A stretch of 53,414 nucleotides of DNA from IMG/VR virus record IMGVR_UViG_3300014208_000053, positions 1-53,414 of that record; one strand, written 5' to 3'. The DNA is from a virus (taxonomy: Duplodnaviria > Caudoviricetes). The translations under genes and the position numbers were made by a program. Positions 30,001-38,275 of the stretch are shown piece by piece (within the stretch, counting starts at the first letter, position 1; every line of letters begins with the position of its first letter). A model generated the notes under the pieces. The model ran no database searches. It saw nothing but the letters and a program-made list of their open reading frames with translations, and was not told the DNA's origin.

Positions 30001-30925
30001 GATGTGCGCGGGCCGTACGCCCGACGGCAAGGTCCACCCGATCGGCGCCAACATCGGCTACAACTACGGCATGACGATCGGCGAACGGTCGACCCAGCTG
30101 ACGCTGAAGAAGTTCCATTCGGGTGGAACCGTTGGGCAGGGTTCCAACCTCGCCGACGGCTTCGCTCGGCTGCGCGAGCTGCTCGCTGTCCCAGAGACCG
30201 TGAAGGGCCAGGGAACGCTTGCTGACTCAACCGGTATGGTGACCTCGGTGAAGACCGCGCCCCAGGGCGGCCACTATATCCACATCCGGCCCGAAGGTCA
30301 GTCGCCTGGCCGCGCGGATTCCATCGAGCACTATGTTCTGCCTGGCCGCAACGTCGCGGTCGTCGAGGGTGAGAAGGTGAAGCGCGGTGATCGGCTCTCC
30401 GATGGCAGCTACCGCCCGCAGGAGATCGCAGAGAAGCAGGGCCTGCTCGCTGCTCAGTCCTACGTCGTCGATGAGATGCGGAAGGCCTTCCAGCAGGCCG
30501 GTGCGATCGTGCGCAAGCCGGTGCTCGAGGTCGCAGTCGCCGCGATGATGCGCTTCATGCGGATCACCAACGATGGCGGCGAGAAGGATCTGATGGTCGG
30601 TCAGATTCTGGCCGAGCAGGCCTTCAAGGCTCGGCAGCTGAAGAACCCCAAGATCCAGGGAACGCCCGAGCTTCCGGGGTTGTCACACGTTCCGCTGGTG
30701 CGTTCGAACGACATGCTCGAGCGCCTGAACTTCCAGCGCCTCGAGGACACCCTGCGCGAGATCCCGGCCCAGGGCGGCGTCAGCGATCTGAGTGGTGCGA
30801 AGTCACCGATCCCGGGCTTCGCCTACGGCGCGGCCTTCCGTCCCGGGCAGGCCAGCTTCGAGCTGACGAAGGACCGAATCCCGCAACAGGATTCGGCCTT
30901 CAACCGGCTCGCTCATTTTACCTAG
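27017..30925 (+). CDS. rpoC: RNA polymerase beta C-terminus fused to beta' (catalytic NADMDGD)
   Basis: beta motifs: NPHGVSGRIN, YKLDH...KFSAR, GGQSF. beta' motifs: GGLFD, VPVIPPMYRP, LLNRAPSLHR, NADMDGD (28811-28831), GARSGMVD bridge helix, IGERSTQLTLKKFHSGG trigger loop. Confidence 0.95.
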   Translation: MGSAAKGTIAEITPDHEMPTDEKGRPLEVIFNPHGVSGRINPSQTLEQAVGKLVRDHGVKFDHVNFGDNKVADRVQALLDEHKVKHEERLFDPVEGRHIENPVPVGYNYVYKLDHPVRKKFSARTRDGYTMDEAPTAGRGKGGQSFDGLQTYALLGHNAHAILGESMGVRGAKNDDYWVAYQAGEKPPAPKVPFVFEKLRAMMAASGIDSQQHGNALHFMPMTDANTLKRSNGEIQKASLVRAKDLAEEKGGLFDVATTGGLKGDKWSHIDLGRKVPHPLYEKVIKDLLDLKTADYLGVIGHTRHYNAETGEFSDQPGSNTTTGEAAFRAMLDFDPAERFKEVQKKARTASGSDLNRLNRAARYLKGLQDVRQKPFDAYMISQVPVIPPMYRPVIEQRNGGLRVADSNLLYRDLILTRDTLQKGEQEGSLSTQDLAKARVSLYDAYGALVGVGKSLTHRRDADLRGFVDVIKGKNNKEGLFQQQLSRRRNDYTGRSTIESDATLGPDEAAIPEDMAWKIYQPAIVRRLAQLGWKPADAMREVERKGLIARNALDEELRTRPILLNRAPSLHRWSVLAAMPKIHSGKEVRISPFVLGPFNADMDGDTMSVFAPLSDKGKREAHDLLPSRNLWYDKDRSLAFAVDKDVITGLFALTRRGVNSGKTYPTRQAALDAYKNNKDGLRMDSLVMIDDEKNQNLQAVGWMIFEGIVPVRFLSGIAPPIDGKKLATILDRIAKESPADFNNLGRKLQSAGFAFAARAGGIGGTVQELAIDRTKINALLGQIDRAVKQGKGLDEKRKLALETFAKVKPELDSIISDHLDTIGLGGSVFLAAKPSSKLGMDSYRQMVASPVMVTDARDRAIPSVIKSSYGGGMLLSDYIMATPGARSGMVDKGLSVAGPGFLTKELAGNLGPVRIEIKDCGTQEGIQIPLDPPEGVKQHDADLLDRHLLHDIPGTSFKRNDVVTPEMLAKMRDAKVTSVMVRSPMTCEADSPPCQMCAGRTPDGKVHPIGANIGYNYGMTIGERSTQLTLKKFHSGGTVGQGSNLADGFARLRELLAVPETVKGQGTLADSTGMVTSVKTAPQGGHYIHIRPEGQSPGRADSIEHYVLPGRNVAVVEGEKVKRGDRLSDGSYRPQEIAEKQGLLAAQSYVVDEMRKAFQQAGAIVRKPVLEVAVAAMMRFMRITNDGGEKDLMVGQILAEQAFKARQLKNPKIQGTPELPGLSHVPLVRSNDMLERLNFQRLEDTLREIPAQGGVSDLSGAKSPIPGFAYGAAFRPGQASFELTKDRIPQQDSAFNRLAHFT

Positions 30926-31350
30926 AGCGCCTGCAGAACGCGGATGGCCTCTTCGCAGCTCGCCGTCAGCGAGAGGCGCACGACCGTCGGCTTCTCGCCC
31001 TGGTTCGGCAGGATGTACTTCAGCTGCATCTTGAGCGTCGCCACCTGGCTCGCTGACAGGGTGAACTCGGTGGTCTGCTGCCGCCACTTCTCGGCCATCT
31101 GCTCGATGCCGATGCGCTGGGCGTCGTTCGGGTCTAGGCCTTCGACCGACCGGAGGGCTGCCGGGATGTCGACCTTCTTGTCCCCGACCTCGAGGATACA
31201 CGGGAGACTCCGCAAGGTCTTGACGAGATCGCAGCCCGTCAGGAACAGCTCGGGGGTGATCAGCGGCCCGGTTTCGGTGGCGATGGCGTTCAGCACCAGG
31301 CGTGCAGCGTTGGTGATCTTGAACGTGGCGGAATCAGAATCAGTGCTCAT
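30922..31350 (-). CDS. Hypothetical protein
   Basis: 142 aa; TAGCTT 6 nt before ATG; convergent CTAG overlap with the RNAP stop. Confidence 0.7.
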   Translation of the reverse strand: MSTDSDSATFKITNAARLVLNAIATETGPLITPELFLTGCDLVKTLRSLPCILEVGDKKVDIPAALRSVEGLDPNDAQRIGIEQMAEKWRQQTTEFTLSASQVATLKMQLKYILPNQGEKPTVVRLSLTASCEEAIRVLQAL

Positions 31351-31443
31351 GCCGCGAAGCTATCGGCGCTCGAGGTAAAAAGAAGCCACCCCTTGCGGGG
31401 CGTCTCCTCTCCCGACACCTTCCTCAGGTTGTCGTTGCTGCTC

Positions 31444-32355
31444 TCAGAGCAGCTGCAGCCGGCGGTTGCCCCCAGCGTTACGGGCGAACTCGCTCGCCTT
31501 GCGGCGATTGTCCGCCAGGCAGTCGAGGACCTCCCGGTGCGCCCGGAACGGCTTGCTCGTCCTGCCGCCACACACGACGGTCTGGTCAGCGGCGTTCAGC
31601 TCGCGCTGGCGCCGCTCCGTCGCGACCTCGGCGCTCTCGGCTGGGGTGCGATACATGGGGGACATGCGAATCCACACCATGCCATCGATGCTCAAGCACC
31701 CGGCGGGCCGGGGCTTGGCCTTGACGTGTTCGCCGTTGAGGACGAGCCACGCCTTGGCTTCAGCGACCGCGTCGGTGTGCAGCCCGAGGTGGGCGGCTTT
31801 CCGGGCGATCATCCGCTGCGTGTGCTCCGCGGCAGCACGACGTTCGGCCGAGTTCGGCTCGCTCAGCACGCGGTGCTTGAGACGGACCTCGTCAGTGCCC
31901 CAGCCGACCTCTCCGAGGCGGCCGGTCAGTTCGATCAGGTCCAGCGCCCACTTCGGTGGACGCAGGGTGCCCATCCGACGCAACACCGGAACCTGGCCGG
32001 CACAGCCAGCCATCACGGCCTGGTGGATGGTGCGCCATTCGTTACCGCTGAGGATCTGCAGCCGACCGCTACGTTCAGCCGCCAGGTCTTCGTGGGCGAA
32101 AGCGCTGGCGATGCGCAAGGCGCGACAGCACACCGACGCGGCGTGCAACTCCAGGGCCTGGCCCTGGAACGTGATGTCTCCGAGGAGGTGGTGGCATACC
32201 TCCATCAGGTGGGTCTTGGCTTCCGCCAAGCCCGGGGTGACCGCCATGGAGGGCAGTCGTTCGACGCTCGCGACCTGGGCCACCACGTCGGTGATGTTCT
32301 CACCGAGACGAGGGGCGAAGAGACGGATGTCGCGGGCGAAGTTGAGAGTGGTCAT
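31444..32355 (-). CDS. Hypothetical protein
   Basis: 303 aa, GGAG SD upstream, Arg-rich; no family recognised. Confidence 0.6.
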   Translation of the reverse strand: MTTLNFARDIRLFAPRLGENITDVVAQVASVERLPSMAVTPGLAEAKTHLMEVCHHLLGDITFQGQALELHAASVCCRALRIASAFAHEDLAAERSGRLQILSGNEWRTIHQAVMAGCAGQVPVLRRMGTLRPPKWALDLIELTGRLGEVGWGTDEVRLKHRVLSEPNSAERRAAAEHTQRMIARKAAHLGLHTDAVAEAKAWLVLNGEHVKAKPRPAGCLSIDGMVWIRMSPMYRTPAESAEVATERRQRELNAADQTVVCGGRTSKPFRAHREVLDCLADNRRKASEFARNAGGNRRLQLL

Positions 32356-32476
32356 GGAAATGCTCCGTGGGTAAGTCAGGCAATATGCCTGACGGGTTAG
32401 TGCGTCAAAGAACTCGACTGATGTTACAGATCACCGATGCCATCCATGGCATCCCTTTCGACTTGAAACGTTGCCC

Positions 32477-32507
32477 CGTGGGGTGGACCAATGCGGTCCA
32501 CCCCACG
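32477..32507. repeat. Perfect 13-bp hairpin
   Basis: CGTGGGGTGGACC-AATGC-GGTCCACCCCACG. Confidence 0.85.
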
Positions 32508-32528
32508 TCGTGCCTCAGAGGCTGAGCC

Positions 32529-33293
32529 TCAGAGTTCCTGCCGGCGCGGCAGGCACGCAGCGATGAACTGGGTCAGCTCGATCGACCCTTCCTGGGCCTT
32601 CGTGCGGTAGACCCAGTTCTTGGGCAGCACGTCCTGGCCTTCGAAGATCCCCTGGGTGAAGGGGGAGACCTTCTCGAAATCGGCCAGCGGCGCCTGACCC
32701 GCGACCATGAGCACATTGCCCTGGTGGTCGAAGATCTTGATGCCAAGCAGCGCGCTTCCCATCCCGGGCAGCGCACGGCTCACGAACGCGAACCCGAGGC
32801 GGCGATCCGCCTTCAGGTTCGGGGCGACCAGGGGGATCGCCTCGGGGGCGGTCTGGTCGACCATCGCCGGCGTGGTGGGCTTCACGAGCTCGAACACCAT
32901 GGTGGTGCCGTGCAGCTCGTGCAGCTTCCGCGCCGGGACCGGGATGAAGTGGAGGTTGGCCAATGCGGCCAGCTTCCACAGCGGCAGACCCTGCTGGCGC
33001 TCCAGCGGGGTCAGACGATCCCAAGCCGCTTCGGCCATGCGGCCCAGACGGATGGCCGCCATGGGGGCGGGCTTCCGGGGCTTCTGGTCGCGGCGCTTCT
33101 TCTGCTGGTTCTTGCGAACCAGGTCGCTCGTCGCCGCGCCCACCATCCCGACCATGGCGGTCTGGATAGCGGCGCGGGCAGTCGCCTCACGCTTCAAGTG
33201 ATCCTGGATCTCCAGGCTGTGCTTGACGCGGTCCTCGAGCCCAACAGGGGCGTCGATGACGGGGGTGGGGACGAAGCCGTTGTGAGTGGTCAT
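32529..33293 (-). CDS. Hypothetical protein
   Basis: 254 aa, AGGAGG SD upstream, basic internal stretch. Confidence 0.7.
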   Translation of the reverse strand: MTTHNGFVPTPVIDAPVGLEDRVKHSLEIQDHLKREATARAAIQTAMVGMVGAATSDLVRKNQQKKRRDQKPRKPAPMAAIRLGRMAEAAWDRLTPLERQQGLPLWKLAALANLHFIPVPARKLHELHGTTMVFELVKPTTPAMVDQTAPEAIPLVAPNLKADRRLGFAFVSRALPGMGSALLGIKIFDHQGNVLMVAGQAPLADFEKVSPFTQGIFEGQDVLPKNWVYRTKAQEGSIELTQFIAACLPRRQEL

Positions 33294-33404
33294 GTTATGA
33301 CCCTCCTACGCGGGTTAGCCAATGTGGCTTCCGCTAGAACTCCGCGCATGATGCGTGGGTTCTCCCTTTCTTATCACAGAGAGGGGGTCCATATTTCACA
33401 TGCC

Positions 33405-33432
33405 TTGCTCCCCTGTTAGCCCCCTCTAAGCT
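33405..33432 (+). promoter_or_regulatory. Putative sigma70-type leaderless promoter
   Basis: TTGCTC-16 nt-TAAGCT, ATG 7 nt downstream. Confidence 0.6.
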
Positions 33433-33439
33433 ACCGGCC

Positions 33440-33643
33440 ATGGCCTGCTCGACGTGCCCGGGATCATCGCCGCCAGCGAAGGCAGCGCCCCAGTCGTTCG
33501 CCAGGTCCGGGATGCGGGTCCGCGTAACCAACCAGGCCGAGATCACGAAGCTCATGGAACTGAATCCCGGCTACGCAGCGACGCAGACCGTCATCGGGCC
33601 GATGAACATCATGCTGACGCTGACGCCGCGAGCGAAGCGCTAA
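33440..33643 (+). CDS. Small protein with N-terminal CxxC
   Basis: MACSTCPG..., 67 aa; TAATG overlap with the spike gene. Confidence 0.6.
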   Translation: MACSTCPGSSPPAKAAPQSFARSGMRVRVTNQAEITKLMELNPGYAATQTVIGPMNIMLTLTPRAKR

Positions 33644-35130
33644 TGGCGAACCCAGCCTCGTCGATGTCCCTGCTCAGCGGCCGGGAGTCCGATTCGAAGG
33701 ACTTCATCACCCCACGGGTGCTGCGCGCCCGCGTGAGCAAGGTGAACTCGATCACCGGCGGGACCGGGAGCACGACCCTGCAGCCGACGATGACCTTTGA
33801 GGTCATCCCCGATGGCGGCAATCCGACGGCTTCGACGGATGGCGTCATCAAGGACGTCATCATGCTTCAGGCCGGCTTCAGCTCGCTGTCGGTCACCGAC
33901 TCGTCGCCTGGTGGCATCGTCTATATCCCCGAGGTCGGCTCCCAGGTGCTGATCATGCACGACGGTCGTCGTTGGGTGATCCTGGGTTTCTACACCGGGC
34001 CGTGCCAGACAGCACGGGAAAACGCGAAAGATCCCGAAGGTCAGCGCATCAGCTTCAACCCCGGCATCGAACTGCCGATGAGCCGCATGAATCTGCAGCC
34101 CGGTCTCGACAACACGCCACACTGGGCGTTCGTGGCAGAGTCCGGCGACGCGATCATGTCCAAGGGCGACGCCCGCGTGAAGGTCAACGGCCTCGGTGCA
34201 ATCATCGGTGCCAACGCGATGTGCTGGTCGATCTACAAGTCTGACGGTCTGACGCTCGAGCGATCGGTGATGCGCGAACACCGCATGGCCGGCTACCACT
34301 TCAAGCACTTCTTCAGCCCGGGCCTGGACGCCAACGCCATCGCGACGGCGCCGCCGGGGTCGCTGGCTGTTCCCAATCCGGGAGCCTACTTCTACCAGGC
34401 CGAAGTTCTCGATCTCGCCCCCGATCCGCTGTTGCTGAAGCCCTACTACCTCCGGCAGCGCGGGCATGTCGGTGGCTTCGATTACTACACCGGCCATCAG
34501 TCGGGACTGTCGCTGAACTCGACCTACAACGTCGCCAATGAATACGCCTCCAAGGTCTATTCAGTCATCCGGGACGCGATCGTTCAACCGCTGAAGCCCG
34601 TCGGAGGCCTGGCCCCTGGCGTCGAGCTGTTCCCGGGCCTCGCGTCATCCGCCGAGGTGTACGACTACCAGGTCGACGCCAACGGCTCCTTCCGGCTGCG
34701 GGCTGGCAACAAGGGCGTGGTGCCCGGCGGCCAGAGTCAGTTCCCGACCTACCAGATGGACCTGAGCATCGAGTACAGCGCGCTGCTCGGCGAGTATTCC
34801 ATCCGACTCGGGCCGGCTGGCTCTCCGGCAGCGCTGGTCAAGATCGCCGGGTTCTCAGCCGCGACCTCGAAGGTCTCGGTCCTGTGCAAGGATCTGGAAG
34901 CGACCCTGACCGGCGGGGCGACCATCCGGGCCGCCACTGGGGTGTCGATCATGTGCCCTGCCGGGATCTCGCTCTTCGGCCCCCTGAAAGTCTACGGGAC
35001 CATCACGGCGTTGGGGCAGATCACTGCCCCCAATGCGATGATCGGTGGGGTCAACTTCCTGGCCCACGTCCACAGCTACATCGCACCTCTCCTCCCCGCG
35101 AGCGCCGCGCCCACCTCTCCACCGCGGTAG
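33643..35130 (+). CDS. Baseplate central spike (GpV/gp5-like)
   Basis: N-terminal OB-fold motif YIPEVGSQVLI...WVILG; C-terminal beta-helix-like repeats ending FLAHVHSY (HxH metal-binding tip). Start reassigned to MANPAS. Confidence 0.75.
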   Translation: MANPASSMSLLSGRESDSKDFITPRVLRARVSKVNSITGGTGSTTLQPTMTFEVIPDGGNPTASTDGVIKDVIMLQAGFSSLSVTDSSPGGIVYIPEVGSQVLIMHDGRRWVILGFYTGPCQTARENAKDPEGQRISFNPGIELPMSRMNLQPGLDNTPHWAFVAESGDAIMSKGDARVKVNGLGAIIGANAMCWSIYKSDGLTLERSVMREHRMAGYHFKHFFSPGLDANAIATAPPGSLAVPNPGAYFYQAEVLDLAPDPLLLKPYYLRQRGHVGGFDYYTGHQSGLSLNSTYNVANEYASKVYSVIRDAIVQPLKPVGGLAPGVELFPGLASSAEVYDYQVDANGSFRLRAGNKGVVPGGQSQFPTYQMDLSIEYSALLGEYSIRLGPAGSPAALVKIAGFSAATSKVSVLCKDLEATLTGGATIRAATGVSIMCPAGISLFGPLKVYGTITALGQITAPNAMIGGVNFLAHVHSYIAPLLPASAAPTSPPR

Positions 35131-35135
35131 CGCGA

Positions 35136-35163
35136 TTGCCCGCCAAGCCCGAACCCATAGGAT
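35136..35163 (+). promoter_or_regulatory. Putative sigma70-type promoter
   Basis: TTGCCC-16 nt-TAGGAT, ATG 7 nt downstream. Confidence 0.5.
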
Positions 35164-35170
35164 CTCGATC

Positions 35171-36997
35171 ATGCTTTCCGACCTTTTCGTCCCGCCCCCG
35201 ACGATCGTCCCGTCGGAGTACCTCCCCGAAACGGAGGCGCGGAAGATCGCCGGCGTCCGCATGATGTCCCCGCCGTCGGCCTGGTCGGATGAGATCACGC
35301 AGAACCTGCTGCGTGACCACCCCTACATCCCGGCCGACCGGGTGGTGGTCAACTTCAAGAAGAAGGATGATGGCCAGGGCTACGCGTTCGGCTACGTCGG
35401 TATCGCCGGCGCCCCGCGCATCAGCATCCCCCTCATCATCAACAACCGCGAGCTGCAGCCCCTCGACGTCATGATCCTGCGCAAGCAGTCCGATCCGGGC
35501 GACGCCTCGCAGAACCAGGGCACCGGCGACATGGCCGATGATCAGGTCATGCCCCTGACCGAGTCGAACCTGGCTCAGGGCCTGGATGTCGGCGAGCCCG
35601 GCACCCTCATCCACGAATCGAAGCTCCGTGGTGCTGGCTGGACCGAAGACGGCAGCGCCCTGCGCCTGCCCTACCGCGGCCGCACCGTCCTCGCCTCGGT
35701 CATGGGCATCACCGCCGAGCAGCGCGAGGCCTACGGCAAGATCCTGGGCCAGAACAAGCATGCCCTTGCCGGCTTCATGCTCAATGGCACCGACGACGTG
35801 GCCGAGCAGTGGCTCAACGCGCCGGCCCCCGGCCGTACCGTGCAGGCCAAGCTGGCCTCGGCCGCCATCGATCGCGCCATCGCCTCCGTCCCCGTCGCCG
35901 TCCCGCTCGAAGCCGACACCAAGGATTTCCTCGCCGCCCGTGTCTGGATGGACGATGCGACTTCCAAGATCGCCGTGTCCTTTGACGCCCTCGACCTGTT
36001 CAACCCGACCGTCGGCGAGCAGCGCTTCATGGCGTTCGAAGACGGCACCTATGGCCCGGCCCCGACCAAGGTCGCTTGCGACGAGCTGAACGAAGGCGAG
36101 ACCGAAGCTACCCTGACCAGCCAGGTCATGGCCAAGCTCGCCACCGGCTCGCTGACCCGCGGCACCTCGGTGTCGCTGATGGCCGGCGAAGCCTTCACCG
36201 CTCCGGCGGTGCTGACCAAGCTCGCCACCCACGAGGGCAACGGCTCGATCCACCTGGAGCTGTCGAACGGCCTCCAGCAGGTCAACGTCGTGCTCGCCAG
36301 GGGCGTCAAGACTGCGTCCCGGATCAGCGACGGCAGCTGGATGCTCCCGCTCGACACCCAGGTGCTGACCCTCCGCCATCAGGCCGACGTTCCGCCCATG
36401 GCCCTCGACAAGGTCGCGTCCTTCCTCGACAAGCGCCTCCCCGACAGCTTGATCCTGACCAACGGCCAGTGGACCCTCAACGTCCGGGGTGAGAACTTCG
36501 GGTTCAACCAGGCCGACGAGAAGACCGCCTGCGCGACCCTGAATCACTGGTTCGAGAACGGATCCGAGATGGCAGAGATGGTCAAGCAGGCCGCCCTGTC
36601 CAACGATGGCAAGGGATGGCTGCGCTTCGACAGCGACCTGCCGGCGAAGGCTGAGAAGATCGCGGCTGCCGTGAAGACCCTCGAGGACTACCCGAAGGTC
36701 GCGTCGGCCAAGATCGCGTCCATCGCCATGCCCCTCGACAAGGCCGTCAAGCTGGCCGCGTCGATCGGCGATCCGCAGAGCGCCGACGCGGTGCTCGGCG
36801 CCGGCTTCCTCACCCCCGACAACCTCGCCGAGTTCGTCACCCTGCATGAGACCTTCGGCCAGTCGGTCCAGAAGCTGGCCCGCCTGCTCCTGGCGATCCG
36901 TATGGGGTTCCCCGGCGATTCCAGCGCGACTGCCGTCGCCATGAAGTCGCTGCAGCGTGTGAGCGAGGATCTCGAGAGCGCGATTCAGGAAGTCTGA
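35171..36997 (+). CDS. Hypothetical head-region protein rich in K-x-A motifs
   Basis: 608 aa from MLSDLF; KIAG, KLAS, KIAV, KVAC, KLAT x2, KTAS, KVAS x2, KIAA, KIAS, KLAA and others. Confidence 0.75.
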   Translation: MLSDLFVPPPTIVPSEYLPETEARKIAGVRMMSPPSAWSDEITQNLLRDHPYIPADRVVVNFKKKDDGQGYAFGYVGIAGAPRISIPLIINNRELQPLDVMILRKQSDPGDASQNQGTGDMADDQVMPLTESNLAQGLDVGEPGTLIHESKLRGAGWTEDGSALRLPYRGRTVLASVMGITAEQREAYGKILGQNKHALAGFMLNGTDDVAEQWLNAPAPGRTVQAKLASAAIDRAIASVPVAVPLEADTKDFLAARVWMDDATSKIAVSFDALDLFNPTVGEQRFMAFEDGTYGPAPTKVACDELNEGETEATLTSQVMAKLATGSLTRGTSVSLMAGEAFTAPAVLTKLATHEGNGSIHLELSNGLQQVNVVLARGVKTASRISDGSWMLPLDTQVLTLRHQADVPPMALDKVASFLDKRLPDSLILTNGQWTLNVRGENFGFNQADEKTACATLNHWFENGSEMAEMVKQAALSNDGKGWLRFDSDLPAKAEKIAAAVKTLEDYPKVASAKIASIAMPLDKAVKLAASIGDPQSADAVLGAGFLTPDNLAEFVTLHETFGQSVQKLARLLLAIRMGFPGDSSATAVAMKSLQRVSEDLESAIQEV

Positions 36998-37060
36998 GCG
37001 CTCACGGTAATGAAAAGCACCTGCTGCCCGCTGGACCCGAAGGTCCAGCGGGCGTTTGGT

Positions 37061-37312
37061 TCAGTAGTCCGTCTTGCAGTATTTCCGCTCCGAATCGACG
37101 ACGGGCGGAACTTCGTCCTTGGGCTTGGTGCGGCAGCGCAGCGATCCGAGGGTGAAAGCCCCCGAGGCGATGGACATGCCGAAAGCGAAGAGCAGCTCGC
37201 GAGAGCCGTCTTCATGGTGGGAGAAATGCACTCCGGCGGCGTGGCCGAAGAGCACAGCGGCGGCCACAGCGCAGATTGCGCAGAGGCCGAAACATACGAC
37301 GTTCTCGTTCAT
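37061..37312 (-). CDS. Small putative membrane protein
   Basis: 83 aa with two hydrophobic stretches; lower GC than neighbours. Confidence 0.45.
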   Translation of the reverse strand: MNENVVCFGLCAICAVAAAVLFGHAAGVHFSHHEDGSRELLFAFGMSIASGAFTLGSLRCRTKPKDEVPPVVDSERKYCKTDY

Positions 37313-37390
37313 GGTATATTCCCTGTACCCCTCTTATCCCAGGCAGATGGGTTTATTTTTACCCGCAGGCCCCTAACATAGATCGCCAGG

Positions 37391-38275
37391 ATGGTCCCAC
37401 ACCGCCGGATTCTTCAGGCAGTCGCCCTTGTGGCAATGGCTCGTGCGGATGGCCCGAAGCATGCTGAAAGCCTGTTGGCAGCACTGGATACCCGCTTTCC
37501 TTGTGCCCTGCAGGACTTCACGGCGGCTGAGATTCAGGGCCGGCTCCCGGCTGCCTTGGACGCCTGGTTCGTTACCACCGACATGCGGTCGACCATGGAC
37601 TACCGGCCCCTGTTCCAGGCCGCGACCATGCTTGGGCTGCGGGACATCATCACCGTCGGCCCATCTGGGCCGACCGTCCTTCTCCCCACTGGCATCCGGC
37701 GCCTGCGGGAGAATCAGGCGATTCGGACTATGCTCGAGACGAGCATCCTGTGCGAGATCGACTACGAGACGATCTGTGCCGACCTGAAGCAGATGTATGG
37801 CTGCGTCCTCGAGGAAGTCGATGTGCGCCGCTACGGGGAGCTGTTCGTTGACCGGGAGTACCTCGAGGGTGCTGCCTGGGAGCGCTACATGCTCTGCATC
37901 GGCAACGAAGAGGCTGTGTTCCGCCGTGGCCTGATCGGGCAGCCCAAGGACTTCGTCCGCTGGCGCCTGGGCGTGCCTGTGTCGCTGAACTCCGAGGCCG
38001 TGCTGGACCGCCTGATGAGCGATGCCTATTACACCGAGCGCCTGATCAAGCGCACGGTGGGCAACCTCGGTCTGAACATGACCAAGGACGAGCTGGCGCG
38101 CGTCAAGCTCGAGCGCGATACCATGTTCAAGGCGATGGAGATGCGCGGCAAGCTGCGCGATGCCTCAGGCGGCGACAGCGCCAAGAAGGCCCTGGCGACG
38201 CTCGCCGGCGTGGTCGCGAAGTACGAGTCACAGGACGCCCTGCTGACCAAGGATGAACTGGCCGCGATGCCATGA
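37391..38275 (+). CDS. Hypothetical protein, candidate terminase small subunit
   Basis: 294 aa, helical, overlaps the terminase large subunit start (ATGA). Function inferred from position only. Confidence 0.5.
   Translation: MVPHRRILQAVALVAMARADGPKHAESLLAALDTRFPCALQDFTAAEIQGRLPAALDAWFVTTDMRSTMDYRPLFQAATMLGLRDIITVGPSGPTVLLPTGIRRLRENQAIRTMLETSILCEIDYETICADLKQMYGCVLEEVDVRRYGELFVDREYLEGAAWERYMLCIGNEEAVFRRGLIGQPKDFVRWRLGVPVSLNSEAVLDRLMSDAYYTERLIKRTVGNLGLNMTKDELARVKLERDTMFKAMEMRGKLRDASGGDSAKKALATLAGVVAKYESQDALLTKDELAAMP

Noticed and set aside
24563-30925. Host chromosomal rpoBC operon
   Set aside because: There are no ribosomal protein neighbours, the sequence is strongly divergent with deletions, and it is flanked by phage structural genes.
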